Virus record (IMG/VR): IMGVR_UViG_3300035208_001992
Source of the DNA: a virus
Taxonomy: Duplodnaviria; Heunggongvirae; Uroviricota; Caudoviricetes
Length of the DNA stretch: 64,000 bases
Reading direction: 5' to 3' (one strand)
Under the pieces are notes generated by a model that was given only the letters and a program-made list of their open reading frames with translations, was not told the origin of the DNA and did no database searches. Within the stretch, counting starts at the first letter, position 1. Every line of letters starts with the position of its first letter. The position numbers and the translations under genes are program-made. Shown piece by piece: positions 9,184 to 18,510 of this stretch.

Positions 9184-9468
9184 ATGGCTAAACTAACTTT
9201 GCCGCAAGTGCCAGTTGCCGAATACTATCGAAACGTTGTCGTTGGTGACTATGTGCTATATGGCTCTGGTGGTTATCCACACTTCATAGAGGTGATTGAT
9301 TCGCAAGTCGTTGATGACGTTCACGTCCATGCATCACTGCGCGGCAATATGATCCAGCTTGATGGATTTGGCGCGAACGCAAAGATCCTGTTCAAACTAG
9401 ACGAGATTGCTCTCGTCATCAAAGGCAGTACTCAAACCAAGCAAGGTCGATCCGATGGTCCAATCTAA
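9184..9468 (+). CDS. hypothetical protein
   Basis: ORF with AGGA RBS. Confidence 0.6.
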   Translation: MAKLTLPQVPVAEYYRNVVVGDYVLYGSGGYPHFIEVIDSQVVDDVHVHASLRGNMIQLDGFGANAKILFKLDEIALVIKGSTQTKQGRSDGPI

Positions 9469-9883
9469 AGCAGCTGCTCATTTCCGTAAGCGCTTTGATC
9501 TTGCTAAGAGCAATGGCTTCGTAATGCCATTGATCGTCTTAGAGCATCGCAAGACTAACGTACGAGCAATGCTGAAGATCAGCGATTCACGCGTGGCTGC
9601 GAAGATCCCGCGTAAACTGAAGAAGCGCATGCTTCATGGCACTGGCTTGACTTGGTTTCGCGTATGTCTCAACACGTTCTTGCGCACCGTAGAAGACTTC
9701 CTTGACAAGAGGCTTGACAAGCTCCACGCAAAGGCAATCGATAGTATGCTCCAACAAGAGGACGATCACTTGCTGAACTTCATGAAAGCTGCTGCGTTTG
9801 CTGTAAGTGATCAAGAGCCTATTGAAGTACGAGGTCACACTGTCGTCGAGCCTGTCGCATACATCATGTGCCAAATACCATGA
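9407..9883 (+). CDS. hypothetical basic protein (start likely 9455)
   Basis: ORF in operon; KIPRKLKKR motif common in small phage proteins. Confidence 0.55.
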   Translation: MLSSSKAVLKPSKVDPMVQSKAAAHFRKRFDLAKSNGFVMPLIVLEHRKTNVRAMLKISDSRVAAKIPRKLKKRMLHGTGLTWFRVCLNTFLRTVEDFLDKRLDKLHAKAIDSMLQQEDDHLLNFMKAAAFAVSDQEPIEVRGHTVVEPVAYIMCQIP

Positions 9884-9898
9884 CTTGGAGATAAGCAG

Positions 9899-10084
9899 AT
9901 GGACAACTCAACTGAAACTCCGCAAAGCAATTACAAAGGATGGACGATGAGTCAATACAATGCAGGCCTACACTGCATTGTGCGCGATGAGAACGGAAAG
10001 TTCGTTTTAGTTCCATTCAGGAACGCTCCACCAGAGGCTCAAAAACGCTCTCTTGCAGCGTTAGTAAGAGGCACTCGAGCATGA
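9899..10084 (+). CDS. hypothetical protein
   Basis: GGAG RBS; ATGA overlap with next gene. Confidence 0.55.
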   Translation: MDNSTETPQSNYKGWTMSQYNAGLHCIVRDENGKFVLVPFRNAPPEAQKRSLAALVRGTRA

Positions 10085-10473
10085 ACAACGAGCTTGCATC
10101 AATCATTGGTGATCAGATCATGTCAACAATGAAGCGCATTGGCTTTGCGCGTCTATTTTTGATATACAGTTTCTTTCAACGGCACCGGCATATCCTGACT
10201 TATGCTGCAGCTAAAAATATTGGCTTTGCGCACAAGTTAGTGATGGTAACTCCAGTATTCATTGACATAGACCTATTGTCAATCGATCATGAAACCGTGA
10301 CTAAACTCGATCGCGCAGACATCAATGCTGTGACGTTTACACAACATGGTCAAGTGATCGACATTCCATACGGGTACATTAGAGATTGGTCTGGTCAAGG
10401 AACGAATACTGAATTCATCACTAGTGGCTTTTATCTATGCGGGCCAACTGACGAAGACGTAGAATATGCCTGA
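10081..10473 (+). CDS. hypothetical protein
   Basis: ORF in operon. Confidence 0.55.
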   Translation: MNNELASIIGDQIMSTMKRIGFARLFLIYSFFQRHRHILTYAAAKNIGFAHKLVMVTPVFIDIDLLSIDHETVTKLDRADINAVTFTQHGQVIDIPYGYIRDWSGQGTNTEFITSGFYLCGPTDEDVEYA

Positions 10474-10936
10474 AGATTCAATCACAGCCTTCCGTGGTGA
10501 GTACCGTTGGCTGAGCAATTTCTGGCGTGTCTACGTCGTACTTGAAGGTGTTGTGTTCCCATCAGTTGAGAACGCATACCAAGCCGCCAAGTTCATTGAC
10601 GGCCGCGAGAGATTCGTCAAGATCAGCGAGGCAGCGGCAAAGGAACTAGGACACGCGAATCCACCTAGACAGAACTGGGAAACGATCAAAGTCTCAGTCA
10701 TGCGTATGCTGTTAGCTCAGAAGTTCGAAAGCGGAACTGAGCTTGCGCAGAAGTTGATCGCAACTCATCCGAAGAAGATCATCGAAGGCAATACCTGGAA
10801 TGACACGTTCTGGGGAGTTTGTCATGGCAAAGGCAAGAACATGCTCGGTAAGTTACTCATGGAGCGTAGAGACATCTTGCGATTGTCTGCGTCAGCGAGT
10901 GATCTACAAGCCGAGCTGCAGAAAGCGTGGGAATAG
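10466..10936 (+). CDS. NADAR family (YbiA-like) ADP-ribosyl/N-glycoside hydrolase
   Basis: F.G..WLSNF, FPSVENAYQAAK, KF, IEGNTWNDTFWG...GKNMLGKLLME.R motifs. Confidence 0.92.
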   Translation: MPEDSITAFRGEYRWLSNFWRVYVVLEGVVFPSVENAYQAAKFIDGRERFVKISEAAAKELGHANPPRQNWETIKVSVMRMLLAQKFESGTELAQKLIATHPKKIIEGNTWNDTFWGVCHGKGKNMLGKLLMERRDILRLSASASDLQAELQKAWE

Positions 10937-11145
10937 TCATGGCTGGAAGCCTCATTATACCAACGCGCAAGCGTAAGCGCAAAGAAGCAGGGCAACGTCA
11001 GTTCGCTGTCCATGACGACGTCGGCAAATGGCTCTGCAACGTGTTAGCTATCGACAAGAACGAAGCTGTCGTTACCGCAAAGAAGAGTCACCGAACAGCT
11101 AGACACGCAATAGCACTTGACGTGCACGAGAGGAACATATGCTGA
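10927..11145 (+). CDS. small hypothetical protein
   Basis: ORF in operon. Confidence 0.5.
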   Translation: MGIVMAGSLIIPTRKRKRKEAGQRQFAVHDDVGKWLCNVLAIDKNEAVVTAKKSHRTARHAIALDVHERNIC

Positions 11146-11432
11146 TTGGCATGAGCGTCATTCACAGGCTACTTAAGAACGAGATTGATACTGTCAATAT
11201 CCCAATAGCCACACCGATTACGCGCACTCAAGACGATTGCGATGGCGATTTGAAAGACGCAATCAGCGTCACGATCATGCCAGACGGCGATGTACACTTG
11301 CGATTCCTGAAACCAGGATCGAAACGATTCAGGACGTTTGTCGGAGGTGGTGAGTCACAGAGGACTCGACGAGCACTCGTCATTTTGGCAGAGGCCATGC
11401 GTTTGGACAATTTAGGCAGGAGTGAGACATGA
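11139..11432 (+). CDS. hypothetical protein
   Basis: RTQDDCDG...RFRT..GGG.S.RTR.AL..LAEA...DN pattern seen in small phage proteins. Confidence 0.6.
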   Translation: MLIGMSVIHRLLKNEIDTVNIPIATPITRTQDDCDGDLKDAISVTIMPDGDVHLRFLKPGSKRFRTFVGGGESQRTRRALVILAEAMRLDNLGRSET

Positions 11433-12034
11433 CAGACGAAAACAAGTCAGAGATGTACAATCGCGTATATGCCGAGCTTAGCGCAGAATTCGAGCAAACA
11501 GCGATTGATTTGCTCAAATGGCTTGAAGACGCACGGAAGCATACTAACGCGCGTCAGCAGGCCAATGTCTTGACGACCAGGCTTGTCACTACAGCCATCG
11601 GTTACTTTAGTCGCCAGATCTGTGGTGTTGATACGCCATTGCATAGCTGGTCAGAAGCAATTGCAGTCATTATGCAACACAAAGACGCAGCGAGCTTGCA
11701 GAGTGCTACAGCTAGCTCTGACGAGGTCGTAGCAGACGTAGAACCTACCGACGTGACTGACATCGATGAAGGTCACAAGCAGAATCACGTCATACCATTG
11801 CGCAATGCAAGTGGCAACCGTGAATCGAAAGATCCGCTAGTGCTCTTCTTGTACTTGTTGATGCGCGACAAGTTGCCAACAGGTGAAGTCGAGCAGTTGA
11901 CGATCAACACGCTTGAGGCTATTCCAAAAGACGGAGTGCTGTTCACTAACGGCTTCCTTGTCGATTACGCAACGAACATCACCGAGCGCTTGCAAGATGC
12001 GTCTAAGCCAAAGCCAAAAGCCGCTAAGACTTAA
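11429..12034 (+). CDS. hypothetical protein (last gene of the + strand block)
   Basis: AGGAG RBS, ATGA overlap, followed by terminator. Confidence 0.7.
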   Translation: MTDENKSEMYNRVYAELSAEFEQTAIDLLKWLEDARKHTNARQQANVLTTRLVTTAIGYFSRQICGVDTPLHSWSEAIAVIMQHKDAASLQSATASSDEVVADVEPTDVTDIDEGHKQNHVIPLRNASGNRESKDPLVLFLYLLMRDKLPTGEVEQLTINTLEAIPKDGVLFTNGFLVDYATNITERLQDASKPKPKAAKT

Positions 12035-12071
12035 GTAGCTACTGCGATACCAAAGCATAAGAGAATACAAG

Positions 12072-12107
12072 AAAGGCCCTGCCGGAATCGTCCGACAGGG
12101 CCTTTTT
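12072..12107. terminator. bidirectional intrinsic terminator at convergence of + and - gene blocks
   Basis: AAAGGCCCTGCCGGA-ATCG-TCCGACAGGGCCTTTTT. Confidence 0.85.
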
Positions 12108-12244
12108 GCATTTGTGTGGAAAGCGTCGCAGCAATGATTGAATGGATCCGCGACAGCGCCTCTTGTCCCCCTACGTTGCTGCCAGCGTGCCGCTGCCAGT
12201 CACGCTAGGTGCGTACGTACAAGAGGACGTGTCGTATTGTTGGA

Positions 12245-12913
12245 TCAGTAGTGGTAGCGATTGTGGACTTGACGCATGAGCTTCACGCGCTTCGGGTCCT
12301 TGCGCTTATGTAGCTTCTTGCGCAAGGCCTGCTTGCGGCGGTATGTGCGTCCAGCTGAGGTCTTCAGCCAGCGAGCGTGAAGCTTGCGAGCGCGCATGCG
12401 CTCACCGATTGATTTCATATGGAACGGGCCGCCGACGATCACGGTCTCGCAGTTAGCTGCAACGAGCTTTGCGTCCAAGAAGTCGAGCACTGTCGAGTAC
12501 GCGAAATTCGTGGTCGCGTCGTGCTTGACGTTGCGGCCAGCAGCCTTCAGCACCTTGGTGCGTAGGTCATCGATGGCTTCGCCGCGCTTGACGAGCTTGT
12601 CGAGGAACGCGTCATCGCCAATGAGGCTGTCATCATCGACGTCTTCGCTGGCCGAGTCGATCAGGTCATCAGCATGGTCACAGAGCCAGCTGACGCGCTC
12701 ATCGGATGTGAGCATCAGTAGATCGTCGACGTTGTCGCAGTTCTGCAGCTTCTTGATCGCGTTCTGCAATGCAGCGGGAAGATTGCTACGCATCTTCGCG
12801 GCGTGAATTGCCTTATTGACATGCTCGAGCATGTCTTGGAATAGGCTAATGGCGCTCTTGACGAGCTCCTTCTCGGTCTGTGACAGCATACATGAGCTCC
12901 TATTTGAAGACAA
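12245..12913 (-). CDS. hypothetical protein with acidic middle and very basic C-terminus (possible head core/DNA-binding protein); start likely 12889
   Basis: C/G-ending codon bias like the other highly expressed genes; K/R-rich tail RRKQALRKKLHKRKDPKR. Confidence 0.7.
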   Translation of the reverse strand: MSSNRSSCMLSQTEKELVKSAISLFQDMLEHVNKAIHAAKMRSNLPAALQNAIKKLQNCDNVDDLLMLTSDERVSWLCDHADDLIDSASEDVDDDSLIGDDAFLDKLVKRGEAIDDLRTKVLKAAGRNVKHDATTNFAYSTVLDFLDAKLVAANCETVIVGGPFHMKSIGERMRARKLHARWLKTSAGRTYRRKQALRKKLHKRKDPKRVKLMRQVHNRYHY

Positions 12914-12977
12914 ACCAGTCTTGGGTGGCCTACTCGGCCGTACAATAGGAGTTATCTCTAACTTTAGCTATAGACAC

Positions 12978-13013
12978 AAAAAGAGGCACCTAGCAATTAA
13001 GCCAGGTGCCTCT
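12978..13013 (-). terminator. intrinsic terminator
   Basis: AGAGGCACCTAGC...GCCAGGTGCCTCT stem preceded by A-tract (U-tract on - strand). Confidence 0.8.
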
Positions 13014-13026
13014 ATTTGACTGAGAA

Positions 13027-13758
13027 TCAATCAACACGTTCAGCCGTGATGATTCGCTCAATCGTCGGCGCGATTCTCGTAGCGATCTTCCTTTGCAGTT
13101 CGTCACTGAGATCTGCGCGGACAAGCTTAACGGCTGTAAGCACCGTAGTAGCTAACGCAGAACAATCAAGTTGTTCTTTTGCGCGCCGCTTGATTATAGT
13201 GTTCCTATGTTCTTGGACGTGCGCTTTCCTTTGATCGCGTTTTGCGAGTTCGAACGGATCGAACATCCCGTCCACGATCAGCCACTTTCGGCATGAAGGA
13301 TTCGAGCCGTCAGCATAACCGATTGCTTTGATGAATGAAAGCGTTTTGTTTATGTCATCACAAACGAACGGATCGTTGACCAAATGATCTTCACTCGTTC
13401 GCCTGTTGACATTGCCACAAGCGAGAATCGAGCGCTTGTCTGTCACAAGCAAATATGCCATGTACTCAAGCGACGCCATATGATTGCCATTGCCTTTGTT
13501 AGCGCCTGCTCGTATAGCAATGATCGTCACAAAGTAATTATCAGCGTCAAGTCGGCGATATACTTTGGCAAAGCTGTTATTGAATGGAATGCGTTGTCCA
13601 TTTCTAAAGTCAAAGCATGGTCGCCATATTTCTGACAAATCTTTAGCTGTCGGCATTTGCACAGCAGCAACTATGAGTTTGTCATTCTGCGTCGGCTTAC
13701 GCGTAATTTGTACTACCAGTTTTACTGGCTTTACGGACTTCGTTTGTTTCGCGGTCAT
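13027..13758 (-). CDS. hypothetical protein
   Basis: 243-aa ORF, AAGGAG RBS. Confidence 0.7.
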   Translation of the reverse strand: MTAKQTKSVKPVKLVVQITRKPTQNDKLIVAAVQMPTAKDLSEIWRPCFDFRNGQRIPFNNSFAKVYRRLDADNYFVTIIAIRAGANKGNGNHMASLEYMAYLLVTDKRSILACGNVNRRTSEDHLVNDPFVCDDINKTLSFIKAIGYADGSNPSCRKWLIVDGMFDPFELAKRDQRKAHVQEHRNTIIKRRAKEQLDCSALATTVLTAVKLVRADLSDELQRKIATRIAPTIERIITAERVD

Positions 13759-14371
13759 GGATACTCCTTATTGATGGACGACAATGTGAATAATCAAACT
13801 TGATCGTATGTTTATCGATCACTTTCATGATCGCATTGATACGTGCTTTGCTGCCAGCGAGATACATCGCAAACTGTCTTGACCACTGCTCATGCATGCC
13901 AGTCACTGGATTAACGAATGTACCGTTCAATAGCGTAGTGAATTGACTAAGCGTAAATAGACTAACATCAATTGGCAATCTGATGATGCTGTCGTCTATT
14001 TTACCTTTTATGTCAGACATCGCGCATAAAACCAACGCATTATTTTCTTCATTTTGCTTAAGGCTAAGCGCTTTGTCATATGGTTGCGTACTACCAACAT
14101 TTGCGTTAGCTACAACTTCAATTCTCGGTCTGAAATTGTTATCAATAATCTTGCCTGTGCTTTTGCCGCCACCACCTTGCATTCGAATTAGTATACTTGA
14201 CATGTTAGGGTCGCGCTTAAATTCGAGCTGTTCCGCTATAACAGAGCCTTTAAGCTCGCCATTTTGGATTTTGTAATTGTGTTCGTATGATCTAAGAACG
14301 CGCTGCCGAAGCCCGCTCACAATATCCGAAATTGGTCGCAACGCTATTCCTTGAAAAATACGCATGTCCAT
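13697..14371 (-). CDS. hypothetical protein (visibly AT-richer)
   Basis: 224-aa ORF. Confidence 0.6.
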   Translation of the reverse strand: MDMRIFQGIALRPISDIVSGLRQRVLRSYEHNYKIQNGELKGSVIAEQLEFKRDPNMSSILIRMQGGGGKSTGKIIDNNFRPRIEVVANANVGSTQPYDKALSLKQNEENNALVLCAMSDIKGKIDDSIIRLPIDVSLFTLSQFTTLLNGTFVNPVTGMHEQWSRQFAMYLAGSKARINAIMKVIDKHTIKFDYSHCRPSIRSIHDRETNEVRKASKTGSTNYA

Positions 14372-14391
14372 GCAGTAACGCCCTTTCTTGA

Positions 14392-15237
14392 CTACTCGTC
14401 AGAAGATTTCTTTACAAAGCAACGCGGATGGCTCTCGATTGCCGTCTTGATCTGAAGCTGCGCGGCCTCTATGATACGAGGGTCAACAGGCTTGCTCGCA
14501 TTGGTCTTGAACAGCAAGCGATCGATTGGACCAAGCCCGATTGTCATGCGTCTGGTTCCGTCCGTATCGAGCCAACTGCAAACGAACGAGTCGACAACGA
14601 AGCGACTTGCATACGTGCCTTCCAGTTCTTCATGATCGGTCAACAGCATGCCTTGGCTCATCTTTGCAGGCCATTGCAGCGTGTCTGGCAGCCATGGCGG
14701 CATCACAAAGTTCTCGACGTCTCCACAAAGCATGGCAGCTTCGGCTGGTGCTACATTCTCTTCATCGACGTGCTTTGCACGTTCCTGTCGGTCTTCGATG
14801 GCGCGCAGCACTAACTTCGCAAATGCACTGTAGCTGTCATTGAGCTGCGAGATCCGGTCTCTCGACATGTCATAGACGGACAGTGCGTCTTGTCCACGCA
14901 GCGACACGGTCAACGCGCGATCAGGATCGACAGGAATCGAGACGATTGCATACGAATCATGCCCGACTGGAATCAGCGGAATGCCTGTGCCATCACCAGC
15001 GATCATGCGATAGCCAGCAACGCGCGGCCAACGCTCCAAGAAATCCAGATACGTGTCATCATCGGCCTTCGTGATCGACTCAGGCTGCTTGTCCATCGTT
15101 ATGCGAGTGGCTCCTGCCCAACGCCGTTCGTTCCGTGACTTCTTGCTCATTTCTTTGCCCCATTCAGTTGATGATTTCGTGAATCTCGAATTCGCACTCG
15201 TTTGCAGCCCATTTGCTTGTTCAGCAATGTGCAGCAT
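14392..15237 (-). CDS. hypothetical protein (start may be 15150; first ~12 aa look like the missing C-terminus of the upstream SLOG protein)
   Basis: 281-aa ORF. Confidence 0.65.
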   Translation of the reverse strand: MLHIAEQANGLQTSANSRFTKSSTEWGKEMSKKSRNERRWAGATRITMDKQPESITKADDDTYLDFLERWPRVAGYRMIAGDGTGIPLIPVGHDSYAIVSIPVDPDRALTVSLRGQDALSVYDMSRDRISQLNDSYSAFAKLVLRAIEDRQERAKHVDEENVAPAEAAMLCGDVENFVMPPWLPDTLQWPAKMSQGMLLTDHEELEGTYASRFVVDSFVCSWLDTDGTRRMTIGLGPIDRLLFKTNASKPVDPRIIEAAQLQIKTAIESHPRCFVKKSSDE

Positions 15238-15238
15238 G

Positions 15239-15568
15239 TCACCATGTCGTTCCAGTTCCGCCTGGAAAAGCTAGCAGCACAATTTGCTCACCTGCTGCAA
15301 GCTTAAGCGCTAACTTAAGCATCTCTCTGTTTCTCAGCGGTCCTGCTTTCTTGTAGTCGCGCTTCCATTTAGCTGGTATGCGCGCGGCATTCCACTCATT
15401 GTCGACTGCCCATGCCAATGCTATGGAATCCGCACCCAAAGCACCACCGCTGACGATAAACGCGTCATCTTGCGTAAACCGCGTCTTGTTAAGCGTGTCT
15501 TGGATCATGCGGTAGGCATAGTTGCGGTCATTGTAGTCACGACCGCCGCAGACGATCAAGACATTCAT
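15239..15568 (-). CDS. SLOG superfamily YspA-like / DUF2493 protein, apparently frameshifted at its C-terminal motif
   Basis: VLIVCGGRDY, IVSGGALGAD.A..WA, PAKW....AGPLRNREM, LAFPGGTGT motifs. Confidence 0.85.
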   Translation of the reverse strand: MNVLIVCGGRDYNDRNYAYRMIQDTLNKTRFTQDDAFIVSGGALGADSIALAWAVDNEWNAARIPAKWKRDYKKAGPLRNREMLKLALKLAAGEQIVLLAFPGGTGTTW

Positions 15569-16092
15569 CGCTTGCTCTCTTCAGCTTCAGCTGCCTTTGC
15601 TGCGATCAAGATCTGACGCATCCACTCAATGTCGACTTGCTGCGTGCGAGCCTTGCCTGGATCTTCACGCTTGAGTTGCTTCAATCGCGTGACCATCTTC
15701 ATGCAGACGAAGTCAGACGGTTCATTTACAAGGTCGATGAGCCCCTTGTTAGACTCAAACTGCCTTTTGACGTGCCAATAGATCTCGTCAGCAGCGCTTG
15801 TGTCCATGTACAGCGTGATGTCACTGTGCTTGAAGCTGAAGGATGTTGTGCTAGACTCTTCGAAGCTACCTTTGTGCCTGTAACACGTCTCCATCAGCGC
15901 AATCGACTCCTTCAAATAGCTCATGTGATGTTCAGCTATTTGAGTCATGCTCGCTTTGTTTGACCTAGCAAAGAGCACGGTCCGATCATCAGGATCTTGC
16001 AGCTCAGTCGACTTGTAGAGCAATAGCGTGCCTGTTGCCACGTTGATGTCCAACACAATGTTGGTGGCTTTGTCAGCGAATTCGATGATCAT
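15565..16092 (-). CDS. hypothetical protein
   Basis: ATGA-coupled ORF. Confidence 0.6.
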   Translation of the reverse strand: MIIEFADKATNIVLDINVATGTLLLYKSTELQDPDDRTVLFARSNKASMTQIAEHHMSYLKESIALMETCYRHKGSFEESSTTSFSFKHSDITLYMDTSAADEIYWHVKRQFESNKGLIDLVNEPSDFVCMKMVTRLKQLKREDPGKARTQQVDIEWMRQILIAAKAAEAEESKR

Positions 16093-16374
16093 TTAGTTCA
16101 ACTCCAGTAATTCAGCTTTAGCTCCACATGTTGTGCAGACATAATGCCGTTTTGTTGTCACTAGTCCACTAACACCGTATAGCTTCCAACGATGCTTTGG
16201 TTTCAGCTTTTCGCAATCGTCAAGCAAGCGTTTCTCGGCATTGCAGAACTCGCAAAAGGCCTTTGGATTGCGGACGCCAATTTCTTCGATCGTGAACCAA
16301 TGCACGTTGAACAGCGCATGGAGTAGCTTGCGGATCAATCCGTGGACGAACGAGATCATTGGACAAATTTCCAA
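16093..16374 (-). CDS. small Zn-ribbon-like protein
   Basis: CEFC and CTTCG motifs. Confidence 0.55.
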   Translation of the reverse strand: MEICPMISFVHGLIRKLLHALFNVHWFTIEEIGVRNPKAFCEFCNAEKRLLDDCEKLKPKHRWKLYGVSGLVTTKRHYVCTTCGAKAELLELN

Positions 16375-17066
16375 GTCAAGAACGCCTTACGGCATTTAGG
16401 ACAAGCTAACAACGCATGGAAGTCGCTGCGCGTGCCATCGTCGAAGCGCTCTGGATCTGATTCCTCATTCCATTTACGTACTGCTCTAGCTGGGACATAG
16501 TGATTATGCTTGTCTTGGTGTCTCACAACTAAGAAGGCTTCCTTGCCATGTCCAATCTTAGCTGAGTATTGGCAGTGCGGACAAGTATCGACGTCTTTGG
16601 CCACTGGCTGCGGCGTTGGTTCACCTTCAATGACTTCACAAGACAACGGATAAAGCTCTCTTCTATCCATCGTTATCTTGTGCGGCCGGCAACGTCCTTC
16701 AGCAGTCTCGCAGACAACTAGATTTTCGTTATACACGAGCTTGTTGACCGCGTAGACATCGCAACGAGGAAGTTTTTCAATGTTGCTCATTGTCCTTACA
16801 TCACTACATAAGTAGTAAGTGTCGCCGTTTGAGCACTCAACTACTCGATGAGCATGGATCACAAGTTCACTGCTATCTTTGAACAGCACCTTGAATGATT
16901 TACCGTCCAATTTTGACACCGTCCTTTTGTTCAAACCAAGCTTGTCTGAGATGAAGATTATGCAATTACGCAAATCGCAGCCTATCCTGAATGGACAACA
17001 ACGACACGTTCCAGCATTGATCGCTTTCTTCACTCTCGCTAACTTCGTGTCATCGTCCGTCGACAT
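16356..17066 (-). CDS. Cys-rich hypothetical protein (start refined to MSTDDD)
   Basis: CRCCPF, CPHC, CPKC motifs; refined start minimises overlap. Confidence 0.6.
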   Translation of the reverse strand: MSTDDDTKLARVKKAINAGTCRCCPFRIGCDLRNCIIFISDKLGLNKRTVSKLDGKSFKVLFKDSSELVIHAHRVVECSNGDTYYLCSDVRTMSNIEKLPRCDVYAVNKLVYNENLVVCETAEGRCRPHKITMDRRELYPLSCEVIEGEPTPQPVAKDVDTCPHCQYSAKIGHGKEAFLVVRHQDKHNHYVPARAVRKWNEESDPERFDDGTRSDFHALLACPKCRKAFLTWKFVQ

Positions 17067-18126
17067 GCACGGATCCGAATGATGCTTCCTTCGCAATGAA
17101 GTTCTCAAGAGGTGAGACGTCAAACGCATCAATGAGATACGCAACTCCATCCTTCATGTACACGATCAACGGGTCGACATTGCGTGGCTCTTCAAATACG
17201 CGTACGTCAGCTGTCCAGCTATGAGCCTCTTCAAGCAGGAATAGATGTTTCTGCTCTTTAGACAGCATGCACGCGCCATAGCGATCGTCATCACCATGCA
17301 TTTTATGCCAAGCTATATCAAGCTTCTTCAGCAAGTTTCGAGTCGACTGAGGAATGATGCCTTTGAATTCGTGCCGAAGTGTGATGATCATCCGCTTGTC
17401 AGCTTCGACAACCTTCTTGATCTCTTGCTTCGCTTCAACTTTTGTGCTTTCACGAATCAAGCGCATCAAGCCAGCCATGCAACCACTTGAAATGCAAAGC
17501 AATGTGCTGACTGTAGCTAACATCGTCCATTCCATTATTGCAGTTGCAATAGCACAGAACAAGCTCACTGCCGCAATCAGGACAAAGTAGTCAGAGCCAT
17601 TTGTCAGCGCTGCAGCATTGTCGACGGCTTTTTGCTCTAGCTTTGACGATGTCTCTTGCTTCGTCTCATTGAGAAGGCTTGCCTTCAGTTCATTGAAGAC
17701 TTCAGTTGGATAGGCCAACAGCATTTCACGACCTGAATGATAATGCTTCACTGCTGTCGACGCTTGACAGACACACAAAGACGTACCCGTGTCAATCTCG
17801 ATCTCACAGATGTTGCCGTTGCCATATATCTGGTAAACAGCGAAAGCTGGCATGGTGACGCCATTGATTTTCTTCGTAGCGCTTTTGACGAAGTTCCAAT
17901 CGATACGAGGGAAACGCATGTCCTCTATTTCGAGGTACGGCTGGACATCACTTGGCCATTTCAATTCAGGCAGTGCTGCTCTTTCTAACGGCGTCAACTT
18001 CAGCCGTTCTTGATCAATCTTTGTCAGTCTGTCCATGACGGTCTTTCGTTCATTGCGCCAAGCGTCAAGATCTGTGCGTGTCTTCGTAGATACTACATTG
18101 CGAAGTGTTGGAGCTAACGTTGTCAT
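17050..18126 (-). CDS. hypothetical membrane protein
   Basis: Two adjacent hydrophobic helices in the middle; C-terminal DPLIV motif. Confidence 0.7.
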   Translation of the reverse strand: MTTLAPTLRNVVSTKTRTDLDAWRNERKTVMDRLTKIDQERLKLTPLERAALPELKWPSDVQPYLEIEDMRFPRIDWNFVKSATKKINGVTMPAFAVYQIYGNGNICEIEIDTGTSLCVCQASTAVKHYHSGREMLLAYPTEVFNELKASLLNETKQETSSKLEQKAVDNAAALTNGSDYFVLIAAVSLFCAIATAIMEWTMLATVSTLLCISSGCMAGLMRLIRESTKVEAKQEIKKVVEADKRMIITLRHEFKGIIPQSTRNLLKKLDIAWHKMHGDDDRYGACMLSKEQKHLFLLEEAHSWTADVRVFEEPRNVDPLIVYMKDGVAYLIDAFDVSPLENFIAKEASFGSVHVDGR

Positions 18127-18332
18127 GGCGTGACCTCATCTGCTTGTTGTTCGTCTTCATCATCTTCTTTTGGATCGTCCATACGCCAGCGTGATCTGGC
18201 AGCGTCATCTTCGTCGGTTGGTCGTTGACTTGTACTGCCAACAATGACTCCTGCGTAAAACAGTAGGCCAGCAGCAACCATGCAGCCGCCAACGATCAAG
18301 AAAGTCATGCTATTGCTCCTTGTTGTGCGCAT
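18123..18332 (-). CDS. small membrane protein (start likely 18308)
   Basis: Hydrophobic helix plus acidic tail. Confidence 0.5.
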   Translation of the reverse strand: MRTTRSNSMTFLIVGGCMVAAGLLFYAGVIVGSTSQRPTDEDDAARSRWRMDDPKEDDEDEQQADEVTP

Positions 18333-18508
18333 GCTCGCCTGAGCACACTTCTGACATTGTAGATTGCTCGACGATCTGACGGCGTGTTTGCTGTGATGAT
18401 CGTTGCTCCAGTATCTGGATTGCGGAACTTCAAGTGCTTGTTAGTTCCATGCAGCTCAAATCCATTGTTGCGCATCAATTGCACAAGCTCTCGATTCTGC
18501 TTGCGCAT
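18305..18508 (-). CDS. HicA-like dsRBD-fold mRNA interferase homologue
   Basis: L.QLM..NGF......KHLKF..P.....I...TPSDRRA..N pattern. Confidence 0.7.
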   Translation of the reverse strand: MRKQNRELVQLMRNNGFELHGTNKHLKFRNPDTGATIITANTPSDRRAIYNVRSVLRRACAQQGAIA

Positions 18509-18510
18509 GG

